DNA of 64,000 nt. Origin: Thermoplasmata archaeon (GTDB lineage Archaea > Thermoplasmatota > Thermoplasmata > Thermoplasmatales > Thermoplasmataceae). The DNA is taken from assembly GCA_021797355.1 (NCBI GenBank), contig JAJZZX010000001.1, positions 262,523-326,522 on the forward strand. The letters are read 5' to 3'. Both the position numbers and the translations under genes were made by a program. This document shows positions 37,799-47,704 of this stretch, piece after piece; the stretch's first letter is position 1, and each line of letters begins with the position of its first letter. The notes beneath the pieces were generated by a model. That model did not search any database. It was not told where the DNA came from and saw only the letters and a list, made by a program, of their open reading frames with translations.

Positions 37799-38617
37799 AT
37801 GAAATTCAGTATTGCACATACGCCGGACCCTGACGATTCCTTCATGTTTTATGGAATGTTTGAGAAGAAGATTCAGTGCAGTTTCGAATATATGCAGACT
37901 GTCAAGGACATAGAGACTCTCAACAGGGAGGCACCCTCAGAGAAGTATGATGTAACGGCCATTTCAGCCAACGGATATGCTGCAGTACATGACAAGTATC
38001 TTCTGACCTCTTCGGGGGCAAGTTTTGGAATATCCTACGGCCCAAAGGTTATAGGAAGGAAGAGCGTGGACCTATCGAAAGCAATAGTTGCAGTTCCAGG
38101 CAAATTCACATCTGCATATCTTCTTTACAGAATGTTTGCCCCGGAGCCAGTTCAGTTCAGGGAAATAAGGTTCGATCTAATTCCCCAAGCCGTATTGTCA
38201 GGAGAAGCTGATGCTGGAGTCCTTATCCATGATGAGCAGCTTACATTCAAAGAGAAGGGACTGATGGAACTTCTTGACCTATATCAAGAATGGAAGAAAT
38301 ACGCCGGAAATCTTCCAATTCCACTGGGCTTCAATGCAATAAAGCGCTCCATCCCAGCAGATGATGCCAGAAAGTACATGGATGATTTCAGAAGATCTAT
38401 CGAATATTCTTTCAGCCATGAAGAAGATGCGGTAAAATATTCACTTAAATATGCAAGATATGCTGATGTCGATCTGGAGCGCCGCTTTATCAGGATGTAC
38501 GTAAACGACCTCTCGGTAGATTTCGGGGAGACGGGACGCAAAGCACTAAAACTCTACTATGAACGAGCTTTCCGAATGGGACTCCTGGAACCATTTGATC
38601 TTGAGGTCCTTTCATGA
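37799..38617 (+). CDS. mqnD: MqnA/MqnD-family protein (futalosine-pathway menaquinone biosynthesis; MqnD-like)
   Basis: N-terminal AHTPDPDDSFMFYGM resembles the MqnD motif (SPCPNDTFIFYAL). Length is about 272 aa, consistent with the periplasmic-binding-protein-like fold of the family. Confidence 0.5.
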   Translation: MKFSIAHTPDPDDSFMFYGMFEKKIQCSFEYMQTVKDIETLNREAPSEKYDVTAISANGYAAVHDKYLLTSSGASFGISYGPKVIGRKSVDLSKAIVAVPGKFTSAYLLYRMFAPEPVQFREIRFDLIPQAVLSGEADAGVLIHDEQLTFKEKGLMELLDLYQEWKKYAGNLPIPLGFNAIKRSIPADDARKYMDDFRRSIEYSFSHEEDAVKYSLKYARYADVDLERRFIRMYVNDLSVDFGETGRKALKLYYERAFRMGLLEPFDLEVLS

Positions 38618-38683
38618 ATTAACGCCATCGAGAGGAGTGTTAGAATCATTATGGCATAGGCTGCAGAGTTCTACTGCAATCCA

Positions 38684-39289
38684 TCATTTATATTCCACAA
38701 AAAATATGAACAGGGCCGTAAGCCAGAGGATTGCCGATATTATATAGTCAACATACCTGGGAGGCATCTTCTGAATGGCCCTCGAGAAGCCAAGTGAGAG
38801 CCCGTAAATCATAACCATGAGTGAAGCGGCGCTTGCAAGTGCAAAGGCAAGGATGATTATGCCTATTTCAAGAGAACTGAGGGATACAGCTGAAAGAAGT
38901 ATGGGTATTAGGGCAAAATCTGGAAAGATGCTAACGCTCAGCAGGGTTCCAGTGGATATCCTGTCTGGCATCACCTCAGCTTCTCTTTCTCGGTATCCTG
39001 TTACTGCAAAGTATATCCCAACAGCAATCAGAAGCACAATAGAGGCGGCATTTAGGTCTGAAACATATCCGTGAATCAGGACAACCCCAACAAAGAGGAC
39101 AAGCAAAGCTACCGTGGCAGAGGTTCCAGCATGCAGAATTCCAAGGAATCCAGCCATCCCATATACCCTTCTTCTGGGCATCCCTACCCTTTCTGCAACA
39201 ACGATCAGCGGGACCCAGTGATCCGGTGCCATCATATGAAGGGTGGCGACAATGATTGCAATGGCAAGTATTAGAGTAAATATTTGCAC
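38684..39289 (-). CDS. integral membrane protein, HupE/UreJ-like (putative Ni/Co transporter)
   Basis: About 6 TM helices and a HMMAPDHW motif resembling the Hxxx(G)DH motif of HupE/UreJ. It starts with GTG. Confidence 0.4.
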   Translation of the reverse strand: MQIFTLILAIAIIVATLHMMAPDHWVPLIVVAERVGMPRRRVYGMAGFLGILHAGTSATVALLVLFVGVVLIHGYVSDLNAASIVLLIAVGIYFAVTGYREREAEVMPDRISTGTLLSVSIFPDFALIPILLSAVSLSSLEIGIIILAFALASAASLMVMIYGLSLGFSRAIQKMPPRYVDYIISAILWLTALFIFFVEYK

Positions 39290-39420
39290 CTCACAGCATC
39301 CGGGATATCAACAAAATACTTCCCGTTAGAAGGCGCATGTCCAGCAATGCAAAATGGTAATTGACGTAATATTCAGGCTAAATAAATAAAGAAAATTAAG
39401 CAGGCAGGCATTGATGTTAT

Positions 39421-40731
39421 GTGGAAGCAATCTCTTTCGATCAGATAGGCAGGACTAGGCGGCTTGAGGTTATCACCCTGCTTTCATCCATGGGAGTGTT
39501 CATGGATGGTTATGCACTGTCCATTTTTTCCACCGCATACCTTTACCTTAGGGAAAGCTTTCTTGGGGAGGTTATTTTGGTTTCTCTGGGAGCATCCTCA
39601 ATATATATGGGAATGTTTGCCGGAAGTCTTATCCTCGGCCGCCTTTCCGATTCATTAGGAAGGAAGAAACTCTACACATATGATTTACTGCTTACCGCAA
39701 TCTTTCTGGCACTGTCCGGGTTTTCACGCAGCTTTGCGACATTTTTCATTTTTCAGTTTCTCGCAGGGATAGGGATTGGCGCCGACTACCCAATAAGCTC
39801 ATCTATTCAGGCTGAGTTCTCCCCAAGAAGAACAAGAGGAAGATATCTTGTGTTCAACATATTCTCATGGACCATAGGTTCACTTGTGTTCTATGCAGTA
39901 TCAATACCACTGGTTATTCTTGGAGGACATACTGCTTGGCGTTTGATGTATGTAACTGCTGCCGCAGTGCCAATTCTGGTAATAGTGGGAAGGAGATCCC
40001 TGCCGGAAAGCCCATATTGGCTTATTAAAAAGGGGAGAAAACAGGACGCGGAGAAAGTAGTAGAAGCCTTTGCACAAGAAGCTGGGATTGGAGAAGCCAG
40101 ACCACCATCCGTTGAGGAGGGCAAAACCTCCCTGAGCTCTCTTCGCAAGTATATTCCTCTCCTGATCTTCACTTCAGTTTCATGGTTTGCATATGATGTA
40201 TCAAGTTACGGTGTGTGGAATTACACACCAGCCCTTTTCTCAGGAACAGGGTCCAGCTATCTCGTTACTGTCCTGGCAACAATGCTTGAGGAGATACCTG
40301 TAGTCGCAGGTACATTGATTTGTCTATATTCAGTGGATCGGGTTGGCAGAAGAAAGTTGGAAACCATTGGTTTTGGCCTGGCTGGGGCCTCCCTTGTACT
40401 GTTCTCAGTTCTGTCATTCCACATGGCTTTTCCATTCGCAATTATGTTTGCGGCCTTTGCAATGATGCATTTCTTTCACAATATTGGCCCAACGAATATC
40501 ACCTACCTTTACCCTGTGGAGATATTTCCAACACGGATTAGGGCCACAGCAATGGGAATATCGACAGCGGCCTCAAGGATCGGAGCTATTCTGGGGGTTT
40601 TTGCTTTCCCTCTGTTGCTGCAATACCTCAATCTGTCTTTCGGGCTTATTTTCTTTGCCGCATTCGAATTCTTAGGCCTAGTGGTCACAATTATTCTTGC
40701 ACCTGAGACCAAAAACAGATCATTGGCCTGA
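39421..40731 (+). CDS. MFS transporter
   Basis: 12 predicted TM helices and the MFS motif GRLSDSLGRKK. Start is GTG at 39421. Confidence 0.75.
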   Translation: MEAISFDQIGRTRRLEVITLLSSMGVFMDGYALSIFSTAYLYLRESFLGEVILVSLGASSIYMGMFAGSLILGRLSDSLGRKKLYTYDLLLTAIFLALSGFSRSFATFFIFQFLAGIGIGADYPISSSIQAEFSPRRTRGRYLVFNIFSWTIGSLVFYAVSIPLVILGGHTAWRLMYVTAAAVPILVIVGRRSLPESPYWLIKKGRKQDAEKVVEAFAQEAGIGEARPPSVEEGKTSLSSLRKYIPLLIFTSVSWFAYDVSSYGVWNYTPALFSGTGSSYLVTVLATMLEEIPVVAGTLICLYSVDRVGRRKLETIGFGLAGASLVLFSVLSFHMAFPFAIMFAAFAMMHFFHNIGPTNITYLYPVEIFPTRIRATAMGISTAASRIGAILGVFAFPLLLQYLNLSFGLIFFAAFEFLGLVVTIILAPETKNRSLA

Positions 40732-40827
40732 ACTATTGATATTTGTTATGGTAGGGGAACCTATATCAATCAGATTAGGCATACACCATACGATAAAAAA
40801 TACCTGCATACTCAGGAAGGTAAAATC

Positions 40828-41613
40828 TTGGCAAGAACTGAAAGAAAAATAGAACAGCTTGAATACAGGTTGCAGAATATCAAGCTGAGTGCAGAAGCAG
40901 CTTCCAACTGTGGCCAAATTGCAAGACTGGAGCTTCAGCTTGCCCAGTTATACAACATATCTGGAAACAAAGCAAAGGCTGAAGAAATGATAAATGATGC
41001 GGAAAAGGTTCTGGAAGACCCCACATGCCCGCGGACAAGACAATCAGATGCCATGCTTAGATACGTAAAATTCTACAAGGAAAATCCAGCCATAGCTGAT
41101 GTGCCGCCCCTTCCTGCAATATATCGTTATCTGTCCCTCATAATTCTAGGTGTTGGATATTTCGGCTTGTATATGGCGTCCATACTTATTCCATCATTTC
41201 CAACAAATTATTATTTCTTCGGAATATTGGGCATCTTCGTAATCAGCATGGCAGTAAACTCCCTGGTGAGGTCAAAGTATAACAGGGAGATAAGATCAGC
41301 AATAGGGCAGCCAGGCCCTCAGGGACTTTCTGAGGACGAAATAAAAAGGCTGCAGGAGAAGATTAAGGAGGATCAAGACTTCCCAAATCCAGAGAGGATT
41401 CTTGACGCTGCCAAGTCCGAGATCACCCTTGCCACAATTTATCTGAAAAGACGAGACTATTCTTCGGCCCAGACACATCTGAGTGAAGCTAACAGATATC
41501 TTAACGATCCACTATGTGAGGATGATCAGGAAAAGGAGAATCTCATTAAGACATCCCAGGAAATTCAGTCCGCCATCAACGGGTCAAATAGGGGAAACGG
41601 CTTTCAGAATTGA
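40828..41613 (+). CDS. hypothetical protein with two central TM helices flanked by helical soluble regions
   Basis: The ORF begins with a TTG, preceded by AGGAAGG, and no ATG is nearby. There are two central TM helices. No motif was recognised. Confidence 0.35.
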   Translation: MARTERKIEQLEYRLQNIKLSAEAASNCGQIARLELQLAQLYNISGNKAKAEEMINDAEKVLEDPTCPRTRQSDAMLRYVKFYKENPAIADVPPLPAIYRYLSLIILGVGYFGLYMASILIPSFPTNYYFFGILGIFVISMAVNSLVRSKYNREIRSAIGQPGPQGLSEDEIKRLQEKIKEDQDFPNPERILDAAKSEITLATIYLKRRDYSSAQTHLSEANRYLNDPLCEDDQEKENLIKTSQEIQSAINGSNRGNGFQN

Positions 41614-41705
41614 CAGCGTGATCGATATGCAGAGATTGGGGTGATGCAGTAATCTCAGCCCAATTTATGAAAAATAACTTATAGTGTTTTTCATATAATA
41701 TAACA

Positions 41706-42410
41706 ATGGGCGCTGCGATCTATTTCAGCAATGTTAGCTTTGGGTATTCGGACAAAGATGTGCTTTCAGAGGCCACATTCGCGGTCAATCCGAGTGAAAA
41801 AGTCTCCATTATAGGAGCAAATGGCGTTGGTAAATCCACAACATTGAAACTTGCAGCAGGGCTTCTCAGGCCAAGGGGCGGAAGTGTTCAGGTACTTGGC
41901 ATGAGCCCGGATACAAGGGAAGTTAAGGGGCACATCGGCTATTTGCCTGAGGACGCCACACCTTATTTGCTCCTGTCTGTCCAGGAAAATATAGAATATT
42001 CTGCTGTTTTGCGCGGAGTAAAGGAGGTGTCAGAGGCCACAGAGGAAATGCTTGAATTATTTGATCTGACTCATTACAGGCTGGCAAAGGCGCAGTCCCT
42101 CTCCCGCGGAAATCTGCAGAGGCTCTCCCTGGCAATAATGTTTGTGCACAAACCAGATGTGCTCATCATGGATGAACCGTTAAATTATCTCGATCTCAGC
42201 ATGCAGGAAACACTGGTCAAAATAATTAAAAAATCAAATTCGACGGTTTTTCTCTCCACCCATGTGGTTTCAACAGCAGCAAGGCTCACTGACAAGGTTA
42301 TGTTACTATCCAATGGAAGAGTGATCTGGAAGGGCGAGCTTTCAGAAGTTGAATCGCAGCTTCAAAAGGGTGAAACAATAGAAGCTAAGCTTGCGAAAAT
42401 GCTGAGATGA
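41706..42410 (+). CDS. ABC transporter ATP-binding protein
   Basis: Walker A GANGVGKST, signature LSRGNLQRL and Walker B VLIMDEP. Confidence 0.85.
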   Translation: MGAAIYFSNVSFGYSDKDVLSEATFAVNPSEKVSIIGANGVGKSTTLKLAAGLLRPRGGSVQVLGMSPDTREVKGHIGYLPEDATPYLLLSVQENIEYSAVLRGVKEVSEATEEMLELFDLTHYRLAKAQSLSRGNLQRLSLAIMFVHKPDVLIMDEPLNYLDLSMQETLVKIIKKSNSTVFLSTHVVSTAARLTDKVMLLSNGRVIWKGELSEVESQLQKGETIEAKLAKMLR

Positions 42411-42414
42411 TAAC

Positions 42415-43836
42415 ATGGTAAAGTACCTGCCAGTTTTCCTTATAAAGTCAAGAATTCGTTCCTCGCAGCTCATCATATTGATCATACTTTATATAATTCT
42501 GGGTACTCCAAATGCAGTCATCTTGGGGGCTGCTGCGGGCTTAAAAATTGTCATTCCTTTCTATCCCAGGGAGTTCATGATATCGATACTCTTGATCCTG
42601 CTGTTATTTATGTTTCAGATATTGGGCAATTACTTGCTGATAAAGTCTGACCTGGACTTCCTGGTAAGCTTTGGCTTAAAAAGCAGCAGGCTGGCGCTGG
42701 GCTTCTCAATTTACGCGCTGTTATTGCTTTCATTTCCTACTCTCTTTATTCTGTCAATAACAGGAATATTGACGAAACAGTATGCTCCATTATATTCCAT
42801 CATTGTATTTTATTTGGCCATTGTGTTTTCCGTCGTAGGGCTCTTCATACTCAGGATGTTTTCCAAAAACGGCCGTTTCCTTATGTTTTTGGCTACATTC
42901 ATTGTTCTTGCGCTTCTTGGGATTGCAAAAATTCCAATCGGATTAGGAAGTATCTCCAGTATTTACTGGCCATATGCACTTATTGTGGTGATAATATATT
43001 TAATTGCTCTGGCTGTGCAGATTAGGTCAACTCTGAAGACTGTCTCATCTGTAGGCATTAATCTAAAATACTGGGGACCAACCAATGTTAAGCATGTAAT
43101 TGCATTTGAAAAATGGAATGGAAGATTCCCCATAATGAAATTCCAATCGCTCTATTCGTTTGTGTTCTTGAGATCTAGGATGAGTGGTAAATCCCGGACA
43201 GGACTTATCAGATCAACTCATCTATTTGCTGTTGAGGCAATTATATCTGCTTTTATCTACATTATATGGAAGGTCCTGCCGCCAAGCGCTGGAGGAGTAA
43301 CCTTTCTTATGTTTTTCGTAATAGTATACGTTTTCGGATTTATGACGCTGATAGCGTTCTTTTCAATTATTCACGAGAGGGTATGGATATCATTAGCATC
43401 AACAAGTCCATTGAGTTCGTCAAGACAGTACATTATTGGGAGGCTTTTATACGAAGTTATTTTCAGTTCGCCGTTACTAATTCTTATTTATGTAGCCTTT
43501 CTTATGCACAACAGTTTCTTAATTGATTTAGCTCCATCAGTGATATTTCTGCCTATTGCCCTTTTCTACCCATTCTTCATTTTCGGGGTTATCTTAAATC
43601 TAAACGTCATACAGATGCAGTTCAAGCTTTCCTATGTAAATTATAATCAACATATCAATCTCATATTCATCCCACTGGTTATTGCATACATTGCAATTCT
43701 TGCAGTAGGGATACTCTTGCCGTTAGTCGGAATAATTGCCTGTATAATGTCGTACATAGTTGCCGCGGTTTTAATTTTGAGCAGCAGAATAATGGAGAAG
43801 ACATTTTTTGCACTTTCCTCTCATGGATATGTATGA
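42415..43836 (+). CDS. polytopic membrane protein, probable ABC-2-type permease partner
   Basis: It lies 5 nt downstream of the ABC ATPase. It has more than 10 predicted TM helices and a visibly AT-richer, Ile/Leu/Phe-rich composition. Confidence 0.5.
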   Translation: MVKYLPVFLIKSRIRSSQLIILIILYIILGTPNAVILGAAAGLKIVIPFYPREFMISILLILLLFMFQILGNYLLIKSDLDFLVSFGLKSSRLALGFSIYALLLLSFPTLFILSITGILTKQYAPLYSIIVFYLAIVFSVVGLFILRMFSKNGRFLMFLATFIVLALLGIAKIPIGLGSISSIYWPYALIVVIIYLIALAVQIRSTLKTVSSVGINLKYWGPTNVKHVIAFEKWNGRFPIMKFQSLYSFVFLRSRMSGKSRTGLIRSTHLFAVEAIISAFIYIIWKVLPPSAGGVTFLMFFVIVYVFGFMTLIAFFSIIHERVWISLASTSPLSSSRQYIIGRLLYEVIFSSPLLILIYVAFLMHNSFLIDLAPSVIFLPIALFYPFFIFGVILNLNVIQMQFKLSYVNYNQHINLIFIPLVIAYIAILAVGILLPLVGIIACIMSYIVAAVLILSSRIMEKTFFALSSHGYV

Positions 43837-44193
43837 ATGCTCATGTGCAAATGAGTTGGATAGGCATCATTAATTATGTGTCATAACAATGCAGCCTTGT
43901 TAGCATTCAGTAAATCTGGCTTAGTATGCAGTATTAGCCAGTCAATTCCACTAAGTCGGAGAAAATGACAATCAGTATAAAGAGTCAATGAGATCCATCA
44001 AACATCTTTCCGAATGAAATCTGAGGATGCATTGAGTGATTGTGCGCCTTTCGTATAATTGCTTTTTTGAAGGGTAAAAATGCGGGCTGTACTAATTTTA
44101 CCTCTGGAATAAGCGGGCATGCATTTGATTCCCGCGGGTAAGTAATGGAGCTGCCGTGCACCTTAACTATAATGTCACATAACCGTTTTCCAT

Positions 44194-44865
44194 CTATAAC
44201 TTGTCAGGCATGTCCGAGAGTTTCTTTGTCAGATCATCAGGCTTTGGAATGAAGGTGCTTGTGAACAGTATCACACTTCCAGCTATGAGAAATGGAATAA
44301 GATAAAGGGCAAAGAATATGTTGACTCCAATGGCAAGTTTTAGGGACTCTATGATGGGTTCCCTTATCCAGATGAGTCCAATGGCAAACGTTGATGCCAT
44401 GGTAAGCTCAATCGCTATCATTGGAAGGGCCTGAGTAAATGAATACGTACCGGCAACACCCTTAGGGGTAACGGCAAATGGTTTCTTTCTGCGGAAGAGC
44501 GCAGCAAGGAAGGATCCTGTTACGGTAAAAATCAGGAGCAACTCAGCTCCCTGGTGCATAAAAAAACCCCTGGCCCCATAGCTCATCAGTCCATCAGAGG
44601 ATGTATAATAATAGAAAAGCATGGAATAAATGAAATATGGGAAATAGAATATCACGAAAAAATAAGGATTAACTATCACAGTGGCAAAATGAAAGTCCAC
44701 GAAGAGAACAAGAGCTAAAAGAGATAGTAGTCTTATTGGCCCTACCCATAGCCAGTAAAGCCATCCAGCCATGTATTCTGCAAATACTCCAAGAGGAAGG
44801 CTGAGAGATAAGAGGAGTGACAGAGACTGGAACCCTCCAAGCGACCATCTGCCCTGCTGTTTCAA
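44194..44865 (-). CDS. hypothetical polytopic membrane protein
   Basis: Several TM helices and an AT-rich composition. The start is uncertain: TTG at 44865 or ATG at 44772. Confidence 0.35.
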   Translation of the reverse strand: MKQQGRWSLGGFQSLSLLLSLSLPLGVFAEYMAGWLYWLWVGPIRLLSLLALVLFVDFHFATVIVNPYFFVIFYFPYFIYSMLFYYYTSSDGLMSYGARGFFMHQGAELLLIFTVTGSFLAALFRRKKPFAVTPKGVAGTYSFTQALPMIAIELTMASTFAIGLIWIREPIIESLKLAIGVNIFFALYLIPFLIAGSVILFTSTFIPKPDDLTKKLSDMPDKL

Positions 44866-44974
44866 ATAAGCACCTTGACTTTCCCCGCAAAATTATATGC
44901 TAAAACTTACCTCCACTATTAAAGAGGACAAATTTTGTTCCCCATATTTCATAGCATCAACAAAAAAATATGAA

Positions 44975-45046
<72 letters not shown>

Positions 45047-45227
45047 AGTAGACCTTACCCTCTCACGAGTAGCCAGGTCTCAGCCAATCTTAAAAATATA
45101 TTTAATCCTTTACCTCAAACCAGCTTTCGTGCGTGATGTATAGGATGAAATGAACACACTGAAAAATAATGAATAATCATAACCCCGCTGAAGTCGAATT
45201 AAATATAACCTTGCTATAATAGAAGAA

Positions 45228-46085
45228 ATGTCTGATATAATTCTAATCCATGGTGGCGCTGGTTCAGACAGTTCATATACAGAAAGGCTGATGGGATACG
45301 CTAAAGCATCATTCATGAGGGGTAGTGCTTTGGACAGTGTAGTCGAAGCAGTCCGCATTATGGAAGATGATCCGGCATTCAACGCTGGCACAGGTTCGGT
45401 CAAGAGGTTGGACGGCTCAATTCAGATGGATGCTGCAGTAATGACGCCTGATTCCATAGGTTCAGTGGTCAACATTGAACGTGTCAGGAATCCCATACTT
45501 GTTGCAAGAGCCGTAATGGAGAAGACACCCCATGTTATGCTTTCAGGGGATGGAGCAACGGAATTTGCCAGGCGCCTAGGCTTCCCTGACTATGATCCTT
45601 CAACTCCACGGACCGAGGAGCTTTACAGAAAAGCTATAGCTGCCATTATGGGAAAGGACAAAAATGCTCCTGACAAATACATTAATTACAGGAGGTTTGC
45701 CGAAATTCTTGGAATCCCAAAGAACAAAGATACGGTTGGAGCAGTCGCTAGAATAAATGGGAAATTTGCTGCTGCAGTTTCAACAGGTGGCTCATCTCCC
45801 ATGATGAGGGGACGCGTCGGGGACAGTCCAATACCCGGAGCGGGCCTTTACGCTGGCGAAAGGGGGGCAGTTGTTGCAACCGGCATAGGCGAGGAGATCA
45901 TTAAACGAACATTATGTTACAGGGTTTATCAACAGATAGGCTCTGACGATCTTTCTTCAATACTAATGAGGGAGATCGAGAAATTCGGCAATACGTTAGT
46001 GGGTTTGATTGCATTATCCGATGATTCTATGGCAGCGCACTCAAATAGCAGCATGGCAACTGGATATGCGGAGTTCGGCAAATAG
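45228..46085 (+). CDS. isoaspartyl peptidase / L-asparaginase (plant-type, Ntn-hydrolase)
   Basis: ILIHGGAG...NAGTGS... and the nucleophile context ...KDTVGAVA... (Thr) are typical of the glycosylasparaginase/Taspase family. Confidence 0.7.
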   Translation: MSDIILIHGGAGSDSSYTERLMGYAKASFMRGSALDSVVEAVRIMEDDPAFNAGTGSVKRLDGSIQMDAAVMTPDSIGSVVNIERVRNPILVARAVMEKTPHVMLSGDGATEFARRLGFPDYDPSTPRTEELYRKAIAAIMGKDKNAPDKYINYRRFAEILGIPKNKDTVGAVARINGKFAAAVSTGGSSPMMRGRVGDSPIPGAGLYAGERGAVVATGIGEEIIKRTLCYRVYQQIGSDDLSSILMREIEKFGNTLVGLIALSDDSMAAHSNSSMATGYAEFGK

Positions 46086-46176
46086 TGAATATTTAACCAA
46101 AAGCAGGAATTCACAACGGCAATTAATTATGCCATAGAGGTCAAAATTTATATGTGGGCAGATTATGAGTTATTAA

Positions 46177-47235
46177 ATGGAATTTGAAAAATTCAAGACC
46201 ATGCAATTTCCTAGGGATGTTTACGTAGGGCATGGAGTTCTTCCCAATATTGTTCCTGTTGCAGGACGCTATATGAAGACAGGTTCCATTCTCATCATAA
46301 CTGGAAAAATTACCTATGACCTAGCGGGAAAGGAGGTTGAAACACACCTTCAAAGCGCGGGCTATGATGTAAAAGTCATCAAGGCGGATAAAGCCGATGT
46401 GGTAAATCTTCAAATGGTTGAGGAAGAAGCCAGCGGTAAGCATATTGGCATGATTGTCGGGGTTGGCGGAGGCACAAAGATTGATCTTGCAAAGAAGGCT
46501 TCTTATGACCTTAACGTGCCGTTTGTCAGTGTCCCTACGTCACCAAGCCATGACGGCATTGCTTCTCCCAGAGCTTCAATCAGAAAGGAGAAGCTCACAG
46601 TGTCACAGGAAGCTGCCATGCCCATTGCAATAATAGCTGATACCCAGATACTGGCAAAGGCCCCTTACAGATACCTCCGGGCAGGAGCTGCTGATGTCAT
46701 TTCAAACCTAACCGCCCTTCTTGACTGGAAACTTGCCAATCGTCTCCACGGTGAGGAATATAGCACAAGCGCAGCTGCAATTTCAGAATATGCTGCCAGA
46801 GAACTGCTGGAAAAGAGCCATATGATAATGGAAGGCGTCGAAGAATCAGTGTGGCTTGTAACAAAACAGATCCTTGCCTCTGGTACCGCAATGGCTATAG
46901 CCGGTTCGTCCAGGCCAGCCAGCGGGAGTGAACATCTTCTTGCCCACGCTCTGGAACTTTCAAATCCAGGTACCTCAATACATGGTGAACAGTGCGCCAT
47001 GGGCTCAGTTGTGTCAATGTTTCTTCATGGCGGAGACTGGCAGGTGCTTGCCAATGCTTATTCAAGGATGGGGCTATCCATCAGGGCTAAGGATTATAAT
47101 ATTCCTGATACTGTGGTAATCAAGGCATTATCTACAGCTCACAGGATAAGGCCTGAAAGATACACCATACTGGGCGAAAAGGACATAAGTTTAAATGCTT
47201 CTGAGAAAGCACTCGAAATCACGGGAATCATCTAA
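46177..47235 (+). CDS. egsA: glycerol-1-phosphate dehydrogenase [NAD(P)+]
   Basis: G1PDH/DHQS-like fold of about 350 aa with GVGGGTKIDLAK and metal-binding His residues. This is an archaeal ether-lipid marker enzyme. Confidence 0.8.
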   Translation: MEFEKFKTMQFPRDVYVGHGVLPNIVPVAGRYMKTGSILIITGKITYDLAGKEVETHLQSAGYDVKVIKADKADVVNLQMVEEEASGKHIGMIVGVGGGTKIDLAKKASYDLNVPFVSVPTSPSHDGIASPRASIRKEKLTVSQEAAMPIAIIADTQILAKAPYRYLRAGAADVISNLTALLDWKLANRLHGEEYSTSAAAISEYAARELLEKSHMIMEGVEESVWLVTKQILASGTAMAIAGSSRPASGSEHLLAHALELSNPGTSIHGEQCAMGSVVSMFLHGGDWQVLANAYSRMGLSIRAKDYNIPDTVVIKALSTAHRIRPERYTILGEKDISLNASEKALEITGII

Positions 47236-47251
47236 TAGCGGTGTCGGTACC

Positions 47252-47689
47252 ATGGCTAAAATTTCATTGATCGGAGTAGATCTGGCACGGGAAGGGCTGG
47301 AGTTCAAATTTGTCGGTCCACTTGTAGGTTGTGCAGAATGCAGAATTAAGAACGTTTGCTTCAATCTCGAACCGGGAAGAACTTACAAGATTACCAAAGT
47401 CAGGGAAAAGCAGAATCCCTGTTTTGTTTACAATAAGGACCTGGTTGCCACAATTGAGGTGGAAGAGATACCCGAGCACGTCAATCTGCAGGCAGGCCGA
47501 AAACTTCAGGAGGGCTCGTCAATTACGCTGAAATCTATGGAGTGTGACCACATAACCTGTCCAAATATAGAAACGTGCAATCTTCTGCACATGAGGGAGG
47601 GCCAGAAGGTTACAATAAAGAAAATTGAAGGCGACCTTGACTGCCCCAAAGGTTATAAGATGAAGAGCGTTCTGGCGGCATTTCACTGA
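47252..47689 (+). CDS. UPF0179-family conserved archaeal protein
   Basis: MAKISLIGVDLAREGLEFKFVGPLVGCAECRIKNVC... with Cys clusters. The ATG is at 47252; the track start at 47195 overlaps egsA. Confidence 0.55.
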   Translation: MAKISLIGVDLAREGLEFKFVGPLVGCAECRIKNVCFNLEPGRTYKITKVREKQNPCFVYNKDLVATIEVEEIPEHVNLQAGRKLQEGSSITLKSMECDHITCPNIETCNLLHMREGQKVTIKKIEGDLDCPKGYKMKSVLAAFH

Positions 47690-47704
47690 AGAAGATGTGC
47701 CAGC

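Noticed and set aside
43900-44160. GC hairpin GCGGG-N13-CCCGC and repeated GCGGGC between convergent membrane-protein genes
   Set aside because: It is a plausible local secondary structure but too short and non-specific to call a terminator or RNA gene.
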